A stretch of 32,000 bases of DNA from positions 330,001 to 362,000 of the forward strand of contig OY969902.1 in NCBI GenBank assembly GCA_963704435.1, written 5' to 3'. The first letter of the stretch is position 1; each line of letters starts with the position of its first letter. The notes beneath the pieces were generated by a model. It saw only the letters and a list, made by a program, of their open reading frames with translations, searched no databases and was not told the origin of the DNA. The translations under genes were made by a program, and so were the position numbers. This document shows positions 1 to 9,500 of the stretch, in pieces. The DNA is from an uncultured archaeon (GTDB lineage Archaea; Micrarchaeota; Micrarchaeia; Micrarchaeales; CABMGC01).

Positions 1-350
1 GCATAGGAGGAGGTGCAGGCGAGGTATTGGTCCCCCCTGCTGCTCTGCGTCGCTCCGAAGCCGGAGATGACTATGTTTCCCGAAGGCGCGACCATGTTGG
101 AGACCACGACGGTAGTGACCCCGTTTGAGGTAGTAAACGGGATTATTCCGCCAGCGTAGGGCGACGCGGTGCAGTTGCCCTGGCCCCAGCAATACGGGTT
201 GTAGGCACCTATCTGAAAGGAACCGCTGAGGCCTCCCGGAAGGCCGATTATGCTGAACGTAAGGCTGTTATTCGGTATGGTATTCGATCCGGCGGCCATG
301 CCTGCCATGAGGAGCAGGGCCAGGATAAGGAACCGCCGCGAGATGTTCAT
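1..350 (-). CDS. Secreted or membrane-anchored protein with N-terminal signal sequence, truncated by the window edge
   Basis: Reverse-strand frame open from ATG at 350..348 to base 1: MNISRRFLILALLLMAGMAAGSNTIPNNSLTFSIIGLPGG...; positive N-terminus plus hydrophobic stretch; ATG overlaps the upstream stop (ATGA). Absent from the supplied track because it runs off the edge. Confidence 0.75.
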   Translation of the reverse strand, partial: MNISRRFLILALLLMAGMAAGSNTIPNNSLTFSIIGLPGGLSGSFQIGAYNPYCWGQGNCTASPYAGGIIPFTTSNGVTTVVVSNMVAPSGNIVISGFGATQSSRGDQYLACTSSY

Positions 351-679
351 ACGCTCACCGCCAAAGTGCGGGCCCGCAGCTCCGCCGCCGCCTGCCGCAT
401 TTTCAAGACTAATGGCCGCAACAAGGCCACGAGCTGGCTGTCCTTCACCAAGACCAGCGAGTTGCCCTCGCAGATTCCGACGAGGGAGCGTTCGCCATTG
501 AGGGCCAGCTTATCCCGGAGCGTACAAGGGATATAGAGGAATAGAGCACCGTTCTTGCTTTCGACGCGGCAGAGATCGAGAGTCGGCCCTATCCCGAATC
601 CTTTTAATAGGCGGGTGAGCCTTTCCTCATTAGCTGGACTGTTGGGGGCGTTTGCAGCGCCCTCCGATTCCTTTTTCAT
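347..679 (-). CDS. Small hypothetical protein (110 aa), central segment vaguely SpoVT/AbrB-like
   Basis: Open frame MKKESEGAANAPNSPANEERLTRLL...; start and stop both overlap neighbours by ATGA, which supports real co-translated genes. AbrB resemblance is by eye only. Confidence 0.6.
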   Translation of the reverse strand: MKKESEGAANAPNSPANEERLTRLLKGFGIGPTLDLCRVESKNGALFLYIPCTLRDKLALNGERSLVGICEGNSLVLVKDSQLVALLRPLVLKMRQAAAELRARTLAVSV

Positions 680-777
680 GGCGCTTTCACCTCATCGCTC
701 TCCGACTTGGGCTGTTTCTTGACCAAAGCGCGGTACCACAGCAGAAGCTGCTCGGCGGGGGTTGGCTGGCCGGTCAT
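676..777 (-). CDS. Very small protein (33 aa, MTGQPTPAEQLLLWYRALVKKQPKSESDEVKAP) or C-terminal part of a 94 aa ORF starting at 960
   Basis: Frame 676..960; ends in an ATGA overlap with the next gene. Start codon uncertain (777 or 960). Confidence 0.35.
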   Translation of the reverse strand: MTGQPTPAEQLLLWYRALVKKQPKSESDEVKAP

Positions 778-1012
778 CGAATTACCCCGAGGGCGTTGCC
801 GAGCAAGAATCGAACCAATGAGGAACGCGATCGCTCTGTCTTTTTGGCTTCGGCATCCAGTCTTTTCTTCAATGCCGTCGACATTACGATAATTACGCGC
901 TCTTCCTGTGCTTCTCGCATCCGACTCTCCTTTGTATGTCAGTATTATGTGCCGAAGCATATATTAAAATAATAAAACCTAAGTAATTATACGACTATAA
1001 GAGGTAATTTAC

Positions 1013-1990
1013 TTGTATAATTCAAAAGGCGCGAATCTGGCCAATGCATCGATATCGAGAATCTGCCTTGTGCTCCTATCCCATCTTGACGAACCGATAC
1101 CGATAAAGCAAATAACCGAAGAAGTCTACGCCGATGCTCGTACTGGCTACAGAGCAATGCCTAATCGAGAGAAAAATAAAGCAGGTCGCAAACGCAACTC
1201 AGGCGAATTCTTCAAAGCAAATTACCAGGAAGTTCACCAATGTTGTGCGGACCTAAAAAAGCAGGGGCTCATAGAAATAACCAAATCAGATAAAGATGGA
1301 AGGCAATCGCTCGTTAAGCTCAATCTGAAAGGCCTTCTCACAAAAATCTTCGGGCCAAGAACCAATAAAAAATCACTCGTTGTGCTAAATAAATCTCTAT
1401 CGCCTATTGAAGAATGGAACCACATAATTGCAAATATTAAAAGCGCCATACTTGGAACTAAATCTCTTATGAAAACGCGCTCTGATTATATCGCTGCAAT
1501 TAAAAAAAGCGGTGGGAGCGAATACGAACGAAATATTGCTTTGCCTGAGAAGGAAAAAGAAATGCAAAAATACGCTAAAGAGCTAACGCAAAAAGAACAA
1601 AGATTAAGGAGTATGCAAAACGATTTGGCAGAGGCAAAGGCCATAGGGAAGTCCTCTGCATTCAGTCTAAATGATTCCGAAATAAATTTTCTTTTGAAAA
1701 GACTTGACTGCACCAATTTGAAAAGAGAATTCAATTGGCTTAGAAAAGGAGGAATGCTTAATTACCTGAATGGCAATTCGAACATTATCAAAATTCTCGT
1801 TGCCGTAATTAAAAGATTAGACTTACCAGGTTCTTGCTATGGTGACTATCACATATCGCTCAAACTACTTGGAATTGACGGAACAGATACTGCGCCAATA
1901 ACTGAAAACGTTCTACTTTCCTTTATTTGGAAAAGTGGTCTTCCCGATGTCGTAGAATTTTACGATAAATTCTATTGGAAAGCGCGGTGA
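1013..1990 (+). CDS. Winged-helix-like DNA-binding / coiled-coil hypothetical protein (325 aa), AT-rich
   Basis: Frame starts at TTG 1013 preceded by GAGGT; N-terminal helices 'VLLSHLDEPIPIKQITEEVY...EVHQCCADLKKQGLIEITKSDKDGRQSLVKLN' resemble a wHTH; central Lys/Glu-rich coiled coil. Clearly lower GC than flanks. Confidence 0.7.
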   Translation: MYNSKGANLANASISRICLVLLSHLDEPIPIKQITEEVYADARTGYRAMPNREKNKAGRKRNSGEFFKANYQEVHQCCADLKKQGLIEITKSDKDGRQSLVKLNLKGLLTKIFGPRTNKKSLVVLNKSLSPIEEWNHIIANIKSAILGTKSLMKTRSDYIAAIKKSGGSEYERNIALPEKEKEMQKYAKELTQKEQRLRSMQNDLAEAKAIGKSSAFSLNDSEINFLLKRLDCTNLKREFNWLRKGGMLNYLNGNSNIIKILVAVIKRLDLPGSCYGDYHISLKLLGIDGTDTAPITENVLLSFIWKSGLPDVVEFYDKFYWKAR

Positions 1991-1991
1991 A

Positions 1992-3224
1992 TCATTTTTC
2001 CAAAACCTTCATCACGTTCTCCTTCGTCTTGGCGTCCAGCCTCTCCAATAGCAGATTGAAGGCCGCCTTCATGTCATGCAGCTCGCTCCGTAAGCTCTCG
2101 TAGTCGTCCAGTTGCTCGTAGGGTGTCTTATCCAGCGAGCTCGCGCAGTTTATGCAGAAGTGCGCGGTGGGTTCATTTGCGGCATGGCACTTGTAGCACA
2201 GTTTCGCGGTCAGCTTCGGCTTCTCAGGTTCGCCGTTCTGCTTCATGCCCATCGCCCTGAAGAAGTCCTCCTCGACCTGGGCCGTCGACAGCTTACCGTA
2301 ATGCCCTACCATCTTCTCATTCTTCCAGCCGAAGAACTTGACCATCGCGCTTGTCGACATGCCATGTGAAATAAGGTAGGTGCAGCGGGAATACCTCAGA
2401 ACGTGGGCATGGAGGCGCTTTTCGAGGCCGCTGCGCCTTTTCAGGTCCACCAGTAGGGTCTTGACATTCGGATAGTCCATAGCCTGCTGCGTCGGTTCAT
2501 TGTGCCTTATGGTCACAAAGAGCGGGGCCTCGCTCGCAGCCCCCCTCCGCCACTCATTGACGTACCTGGTCAGCGCGGGCACTGAGACCGAGAGGGGCGT
2601 TATCCTGGTTCCGGTCTTCCCGGTGAGTATGATGCGGCTCGGCCCTTTGGATGAGAGGGTCAGGTCCTTCATGCGCAGGTTGAGGACCTCTCCGATCCTT
2701 GCTCCGGTGTCCCATAAAAGGCAGATCAGCGCCCTGTCCCTGACGTTCCTGCATGCGGTCAGCAGTCTCTCTATATCGGTCTCGTCCAGCATCTCCGTCG
2801 GCAGCTTCGCGTTCGTCGCGTTCATGTCCAGCTTGACCCATCCGACGAGCGCATCAGCCTTGGAATCCAGCAGCCACCTCACGAACTGCTTGAAGGTCAG
2901 CTTTATCCGCGCCTTAGAGTAGGAGTTCAGGTCCCTGTCAAGCGACTTGCCCTCGGCGGTCATGGCCTTCAGCCTGTTCACCCTTCGGACTATCTCCTCG
3001 ACGTCCTCTTTGGTAAGCGCCTTGAAGTCCTTGCAGACCCCGAGGCCGCATACCGTGCGCAGCTCGAAGAGCCTCTTGTACCGCGTCCGGTCTTTCCTGC
3101 CGTTCAGGGATAAAAAGTCCTCATACTTTAGGAGGTATGCCCTGTTCGGCTCGCTTACGCCCTTTTCTATATGCTGGAGCTCCGACTTGAGGATGCAGGG
3201 CCCGTTCTCCAGGTACTTTGCCAT
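1992..3224 (-). CDS. Tyrosine recombinase / integrase (XerC/D-like) with C-terminal zinc ribbon
   Basis: Catalytic-type motifs 'DTGARIGEVLNLRMKDL', 'GKTGTRITPL', 'HAHVLRYSRCTYLI', 'FGWKNEKMVGHYGKL'; C-terminal 'CYKCHAANEPTAHFCINCASSL'. Start placed at MAKYLENG (3224) because the track ORF's N-terminal extension translates through the tRNA. Confidence 0.9.
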   Translation of the reverse strand: MAKYLENGPCILKSELQHIEKGVSEPNRAYLLKYEDFLSLNGRKDRTRYKRLFELRTVCGLGVCKDFKALTKEDVEEIVRRVNRLKAMTAEGKSLDRDLNSYSKARIKLTFKQFVRWLLDSKADALVGWVKLDMNATNAKLPTEMLDETDIERLLTACRNVRDRALICLLWDTGARIGEVLNLRMKDLTLSSKGPSRIILTGKTGTRITPLSVSVPALTRYVNEWRRGAASEAPLFVTIRHNEPTQQAMDYPNVKTLLVDLKRRSGLEKRLHAHVLRYSRCTYLISHGMSTSAMVKFFGWKNEKMVGHYGKLSTAQVEEDFFRAMGMKQNGEPEKPKLTAKLCYKCHAANEPTAHFCINCASSLDKTPYEQLDDYESLRSELHDMKAAFNLLLERLDAKTKENVMKVLEK

Positions 3225-3288
3225 GCTTCTAATCTGGCCCGAGGGCGGTATTTCAATCTTTCGGGGTAATGGTAAGCTTGACTGCGGT

Positions 3289-3359
3289 AGCCAGGGAAGG
3301 GAGTTGAACCCCTCTTTTCCGCTCTGCAGGCGGACGCATAGCCGATCTGCCACCCTGGC
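3289..3359 (-). tRNA. tRNA-Cys (anticodon GCA)
   Basis: Hand fold: GCCAGGG/CCCTGGC acceptor, TCCGC-CTGCAGA-GCGGA anticodon arm, AGGGG-TTCAACT-CCCTT T arm, discriminator U; 71 nt; D stem only about 3 bp; no encoded CCA. Confidence 0.93.
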
Positions 3360-3433
3360 GGGCGCATATCATCATCTTTAATAAACGAACATTTAAAAAC
3401 AGTTGAAGGCAATTAAGACCGAAGGTAATTTTG

Positions 3434-4585
3434 ATGTCGACACTTTACGAGCCGCTGCCAAAGGAGTTTGTTTCCAAGACTGCATCTTTCGACTACAAGA
3501 CGCCCATGACGCAGGCGCTTGACGGGATAAGCCAGTTCGGCGCGGTCATAGTCGTCAAGGACAAGGAGTATTTCGGCATCGCGGACGGGAGGGCAGTCTC
3601 GAGGAAGGGCTCCGACAGATCCCTGAAGTTCGCGAAGACCCTGCCTGTCGGCAGGTTCGCGAGAAAGCTGCCCGTGCTCGGCCCAGACGTTTCTGTGGGC
3701 AGGACGATAAGCTATTTCCACGAGTTCTCGGCAAAGGCTTTCCCATACCGGGACGCAGGAGGCATAACGGGCATAGTGAAGAGGGATGTGGTCCTCAGGT
3801 CGATAATCTCGCTCCACCTTCTGTCCAAGTCGGTCGTCGGGGACGCGATGTCGACCCCGGTGCTCGCGATAGACGCTGGCGCAAGCCTGTCGCAGGCCAT
3901 GAGCGTGATGTCGCAGAACAAGATAACGCGGCTCATCGTGGTTGACGGGGGGAAGCCCTTCGGACTGATAACGCACAAGGACATATACTCCAATTTCGCC
4001 AGGGCGGATTCGCGGCATCCCGAGCTCACGCCTGAGCCGCGCTCTCTCTCCGACGTGACCGTGAGGCAGGTCGCAAGGACCGAGACGCACTCGATAGACT
4101 ATCAGAGCCCGCTGGAGGACGCGATAAGGAGCCTGCTCGCCAAGGGCATATCCTCGCTCATAGTCACCAGGAATGGAAGGCCCGTCGGGATGCTCTCCAT
4201 TAGGGACGTCTTCGAGCTTGCGGCGTCGAGCATAGAGAAGGTGCGCAGCAGGGTTATCGTCACTGGCATAGACGACAGCACGGTGGGCTACGAGCAGGAC
4301 ATAGAGAACGAGGCCAACAGGATGATAGACAGGATGGACAAGTTCGGCAGGCTGGGAATAAGCTACGCCGCGATAAACGTCAACAGGGTCAAGGAGAGGG
4401 GCTACGAGCTAAAGGCCAGACTGGGCTTCGAGAGGAAGGGCGTGATGTACGCGACGGCCACCGGATACGGCATCGAGGCCACGCTGACCGCGCTGCTGGA
4501 CAGCCTGTTCAAGCAGGTCAAGGAGAAGAAGGAGATGGGTGTGAGCCTCAGGAAGGGCTCCGAGAGATACTATGGCGAGAAATAG
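3434..4585 (+). CDS. CBS-domain protein with possible C-terminal HPF/S30AE-like domain
   Basis: CBS-like segments 'VVGDAMSTPVLAIDAGASLSQAMSVMSQNKITRLIVVDGGKPFGLITHKDI' and 'SIDYQSPLEDAIRSLLAKGISSLIVTRNGRPVGMLSIRDVFE'; C-terminal 'YELKARLGFERKGVMYATATGYGIEATLTALLDSLFKQVKEKK' resembles ribosome hibernation factor topology (by eye). Confidence 0.85.
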   Translation: MSTLYEPLPKEFVSKTASFDYKTPMTQALDGISQFGAVIVVKDKEYFGIADGRAVSRKGSDRSLKFAKTLPVGRFARKLPVLGPDVSVGRTISYFHEFSAKAFPYRDAGGITGIVKRDVVLRSIISLHLLSKSVVGDAMSTPVLAIDAGASLSQAMSVMSQNKITRLIVVDGGKPFGLITHKDIYSNFARADSRHPELTPEPRSLSDVTVRQVARTETHSIDYQSPLEDAIRSLLAKGISSLIVTRNGRPVGMLSIRDVFELAASSIEKVRSRVIVTGIDDSTVGYEQDIENEANRMIDRMDKFGRLGISYAAINVNRVKERGYELKARLGFERKGVMYATATGYGIEATLTALLDSLFKQVKEKKEMGVSLRKGSERYYGEK

Positions 4586-5051
4586 GAACGGGAGCAGGAG
4601 GCTGCAGTCGAGCTTCGAGCTCCTCGTGACGCTGTCGCTCGGCCTTGCGATACTCATGCCGATAGTGGTGATAGCGTTCGTGCAGCTCTCCGCGTCGTCA
4701 TCGTCGCTCTCTGCGATAGAGTCCCAGCAGGCCGCGAGCAAGCTCGCGAGCGTCGCAGTCCTCGTGGGGAGCCAGGGCGCCCCTGCGAAGCAGCTGGTGC
4801 AGATATCAGTCCCTCCAAACGTGAGGTACATCTACATAGGCAACGCAAACAACACCGTGGGCCACGAGGTGATATTCGTCGTCGCATCCTCATCGGGCCC
4901 TAGCTACGTCACCGCGTACACGCCCGTGAACGTCAGCGGCAGCCTCGGGAGCCTGGCCTCGGCAGGGACGTACCTTGTGAACGTGACCGCGCAGTCCTCA
5001 TGCCCCACGAACACGCTGCTGGCGTGCGTCTATATGTCCTCGAAACCATGA
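4572..5051 (+). CDS. Pilin-like protein with class III-type signal peptide
   Basis: N-terminus 'RNRNGSRRLQSSFELLVTLSLGLAILMPIVVIAF' matches the basic-QxSxE-hydrophobic pattern of archaeal class III signal peptides; overlaps the upstream gene by 14 nt. Confidence 0.7.
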   Translation: MARNRNGSRRLQSSFELLVTLSLGLAILMPIVVIAFVQLSASSSSLSAIESQQAASKLASVAVLVGSQGAPAKQLVQISVPPNVRYIYIGNANNTVGHEVIFVVASSSGPSYVTAYTPVNVSGSLGSLASAGTYLVNVTAQSSCPTNTLLACVYMSSKP

Positions 5052-5197
5052 TCTACTGTCAGATATGTGAAATGGGTGACAGTCAGATAGTGAGCAATTG
5101 CCCATCTTGGCTAGTTGTTTAAAATATCCCTGCTAAAATGAAATAAATTTAGATTTAGTAGGGTTAAATTTAAATATCTTAAGGTGCAATTCACAGC

Positions 5198-6457
5198 ATG
5201 GAGAATATCATTCCAAGAGAACTGGAAGCGAAAATTTTAAGATTTGCCAAGGATAAGGAGATTATAATCATAAGGGGGCCGCGCCAAGCTGGCAAAACAA
5301 CATTGCTGAAGCTGATAGCTGAGACCGTAAAATCAGAGAAGGTTTTCATCGATTTGGACATTCCAGAGAATAGAAACGCCCTTGCAGACTCCCCTATGGA
5401 TTTCATAGATCGGTTTGGGAAGGGCAGAAAGCTAACTTTGTTTCTAGATGAAGTCCAGCGCGTCACCGACGCTGGGGAAAAACTGAAAATAATATACGAC
5501 CAGTTCGCGGACAAGGGCGTAAAGGTGTTCGCTTCGGGTTCGTCCTCATTAGATATCAAGACGAATGTGCTTGGTTTTCTAGTTGGTAGAGCATTAATAT
5601 TTGACCTTCTTACTCTCGGATTCGGGGAATTCCTGAACTACAAAGACGAAGGCCTTTTCAACATATTCAAAATGCGGAACGACGAAGTAATGGGCTTCAT
5701 AGCGCAAGGCAATCCGATAAAGAAGCCTGCATTCACGTCCGAGATCCTAAAGTATTGGAAAGAGTACGTCTTGTTCGGAGGTTATCCGGCGGTAGTAAAG
5801 ACCAGAAGTGCCGAGGACAAAAAGATCAGGCTGAAAAACATATACGGCACATACATAGAGAAGGACATTGTCTCTTTTTTTGGGATAGGGAAGTCCTCGC
5901 TTTTTGAGGATTTTGTTGTAGCTTTGTCATTCAACACCGCAAACAGCCTTACTCTCTCATCGGTTGCCGCGGACTCAGGCATAACCCACTACGCCGCGAA
6001 AGAGTTCCTCAATATCTTGGTCGGTACGTACGTCATTGGAATCCTAAGGCCATACTATCGCAATGCCACCACTGCGATAAAGAAAGCGCCGAAGGTGTAT
6101 TTTATTGACCTTGGCCTTAGGAACGCCGCAATCGGAAACTACTCTGTCTTCGATAAGCGTGATGATAGGGGCAAGATCGGAGAGAATTTCGTATACAGGG
6201 AACTCATAGGGATGGGTTATGAGATAAACTACTGGCGCACAAAAAGTGGCGCAGAGGTGGATTTTCTAATAAAAATCGAACAGGGCATCATTCCGGTGGA
6301 GGTAAAGCTGGGCGGAGCGCGAACACTTGGCAAAAGTTTCTACAGCTTCATAGAGCGATATAAACCCAAAAGGGCGCTTATCGTGACGCTAGACCATTTT
6401 GGAAAGGAAAAAATAGGGGGTACTGAAGTATATTGGGTGCCGATATTCTACCTCTAG
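5198..6457 (+). CDS. AAA-type ATPase with C-terminal DUF4143-like domain
   Basis: Walker A 'GPRQAGKTTLL', Walker B 'TLFLDEVQ', 'FASGSSSL', C-terminal 'NFVYRELIGMGYEINYWRTKSGAEVDFLI...IIPVEVKLG'. Confidence 0.88.
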   Translation: MENIIPRELEAKILRFAKDKEIIIIRGPRQAGKTTLLKLIAETVKSEKVFIDLDIPENRNALADSPMDFIDRFGKGRKLTLFLDEVQRVTDAGEKLKIIYDQFADKGVKVFASGSSSLDIKTNVLGFLVGRALIFDLLTLGFGEFLNYKDEGLFNIFKMRNDEVMGFIAQGNPIKKPAFTSEILKYWKEYVLFGGYPAVVKTRSAEDKKIRLKNIYGTYIEKDIVSFFGIGKSSLFEDFVVALSFNTANSLTLSSVAADSGITHYAAKEFLNILVGTYVIGILRPYYRNATTAIKKAPKVYFIDLGLRNAAIGNYSVFDKRDDRGKIGENFVYRELIGMGYEINYWRTKSGAEVDFLIKIEQGIIPVEVKLGGARTLGKSFYSFIERYKPKRALIVTLDHFGKEKIGGTEVYWVPIFYL

Positions 6458-6561
6458 CGTGTTTCAGGCATCATAAGCAGGTTAGCGGTTGTGTGTAACC
6501 GCCCGCATGATGGGCCGCAAAAACGTTTAAGAGCGTGTCCATCGATATTGAGCTGAGTTTG

Positions 6562-9500
6562 ATGGCCCGCAGTAAGCTCCAGTTATCCATAGAGTTCATG
6601 ATGGTCTTCTCCTTCGTGCTCGTGGTCTTCACCTTCCTGTTCGCGCTCGTGGCCACCCAGAGAGCGCAGACGCTGAACAGCCAGGAGTTCGAGCAGGGCC
6701 AGCTTGTCGCGCAGAGCGTGGCGGCGCAGCTCGACAGGGCGCTGCAGGCGGGGAACGGGTACTACGCCGCGATACCAATCACGAGCGCGCTGGGCACTCT
6801 GAACTACAAGCTGGCGATAACCAAGGGCGGGGCGGTGGTCGTCAACACCACGATAAACAAGCAGGTGACGCAGGCGATATCCTACAGCTCCGTGAAGCAG
6901 GTGGTCTCGAACCCGTCGTTCATACCCGCAGGTCTTCCTACGAACGCGGTGAGCTACTACCTGATGCCGATAGCCAACGGCACGCTGACGATACAGAACT
7001 CATTCGGGACAATCTGCGTCGACTATGCATGCCCAACCACGAGCAACACGGCAACCAACGTCAGCATGTCGGAGCAGGTAGTGCACGCAGCAAACTTCAA
7101 CGGGCAGAGCAGCTATATACAAGTAAACAATCCCTTCAGTACCAGTTGGTATTTTTATTGGCATTACGGGAGTGCTAATGTGGTTGCAGCAATAGTCGGC
7201 TCTACGGTGTATTCGTCCACTACACTTCATCCGAATGTGTGGTCGCACGTCTGCTTTACTTATTTATCTGGTTCGGGAACGCTAAATATCTATGCCAATG
7301 GTGCTCCAGCTGGCTCAGGTTCGGCGACAGGTGGTAGTACCCTATCAGTATGTGCATGGATTTATCCAACAAGCAGCGCGATAGGAGACATCACAAGCAG
7401 TGAAGATTCTACCAACTATGCGCTAATCGGTGCAAGAAACCCAACCACCAACCTCTTTCAGGGCTCCATCTCCAACGTCCAGATATACAACATCGCCCTT
7501 TCATCGAGCCAAGTTTCCGCACTCTACGCAGAGGGCATAACAGGCAGCCCACTCGCAGGGGCGGGGAATATCGGATGGTGGCCGCTCAACGGCAACGCGA
7601 ATGACTACTCAGGCAATGGCAACAATGGAAACGTCATAGAATCAATGATGTACACCACAGTGGCGCAGCTCTCCGCAAAAGTAACGAACCCGCTTGGCCA
7701 GCCGCTCGCAAATGCGCTTGTAGGATTTACTACCACTCTCGGCAACCTCACAAAAGGCCAGGTCGCCATTAACTACACCAACGGAAACGGCATCGCGACA
7801 GCGTTCCTGGACCAGCAGGGGAACAGCGGCCAGGCGCTGGTGAAGGCCACCGCATACAACGGCAATACGGCGCTGCAGGGCAACCTGGTAAGCTGGTATC
7901 CGCTCAACCTGGACCAAGGAAGCACGGTCCCCGACCTTAGCGGCAATGGCAACAACGGGGCGATGCTCTACACTAGCTGGAGCGACCCGAACTACGTGGC
8001 TGGATTTGACGGGCAGAGCAGCTATATTTCAACTTTCTCAAATAATTTTCCTACGGGCTCAAGTGCCTATTCGGTATTCGCTTGGGTTTATTTGACTTCC
8101 AATGTCCCAACAGCCATTCAGGCAATAGACTATTATGGGACCCAGGGCACGAGCTACGCGACGCGCATCTTCTCAACGGTTGGGCAGACACTTTGTTTCT
8201 TTGGAGGATCCGATACTTTCCAATCAACGCTAACAGTCCCTCTAAATACCTGGACGCTTGTTGGAGTGACCTATCAAGCATCCTCAACGCAAGTCACAAT
8301 ATACATGAATGGACAGTCGCAGATAGGAACACTGAGCGGAAGTACCGCGTTAAATACCCCTTCAGGGACGATAAACTATGTTGGCGGGAATCCCACCTAC
8401 TTGTGGTGGTTTCCGGGCAGAATTGCAAATGTACAGATGTACAGCACCGCCCTTTCGGCAAACCAGGTCCAGCAGCTCTACCCGAGCGGTATTTCCAGTC
8501 CTCCAATCGCGGGCTCGGGGCTCGTCGGTTGGTGGCCGCTCAACGGCAACGCGAACGACTACACCAGCAATAACAACAACGGTGCCATTTACGGGAACCT
8601 TAACTTCGCAAGCACGTCCTCGATTCCAAGCCCAAATGCGAACGCCACGAGCATGTTTGCCGGGGGATTCAACGGAATCAGCAGTCAAGTGACGGTAGCC
8701 TCTACCGCAATTCCGAACGCTGCCACTCTTATAGCATGGATATATCCCTATAACGTAATAGGAGAATCGGGATGCTCCAAGGAAGCCAGCGGTTGCATAT
8801 CCATAATGGGATACTCTCCGGCCTCCGCAGAATATGATCTTTGGCTTTATCTCACCAATGGGCAGCTCGGAGGCACGGCATACAGCACGACGTATCCCAT
8901 GCTTCACGGAGGCACCACCATAACTGCAAATAATTGGTATCAGGTCGCCATGACTGCATCAAATACGCTTGGCACTCTCTCTCTGTATATCAACGGCGTG
9001 AACGTGGGAACGAATGCTATAGTGAGTCAGGGATTTTGGACTGGCGGGAATCCGGAAATCGGAAATCTGAGAGCAGGGCAGACTACTAACTTCAATGGCC
9101 TCATCTCTAACGTCCAGCTCTACAACTCCACCCTGAACGCAAATCAAATCCGCACAAGCTACAGTGAAGGGATAGGCGGCCTTCCGCTCACTGCGAACCT
9201 CATCGGATGGTGGCCGCTCAACGGAAACGCGAACGACTACTCCATGGTGGGGAACAATGGGACCGCATCGAACGTCGTTTATCCCGCAATTCAGACGATG
9301 GGAGGAGGAATTCCCACCTATTCGCTGGGCTCGTACGGCGCGAACTTCAACGGCCAGAGCAGCTACGTAACCTTCGGAAACAGCATCAACCCTGGATTTG
9401 GCAGCTTCACTGTCGAGGGCTGGGCTTATGCCACAAACTACACCTACCCGAGGACGCGCATCCCCATAGGGAGCTACACGAGTTCCGGCAGCGGCTTGCC

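Noticed and set aside
3225-3353. N-terminal 43 residues of the 453 aa integrase ORF (MADRLCVRLQSGKEGFNSLPWLPQSS...)
   Set aside because: This stretch is translation of the tRNA-Cys gene and its 3' flank; the start at 3224 fits better.
6485-6502. GCGGTT-GTGTGT-AACCGC hairpin before the LamG operon as a riboswitch
   Set aside because: A single 6-bp stem with no recognisable aptamer elements; it may be part of a terminator for the ATPase gene but is too weak to call.
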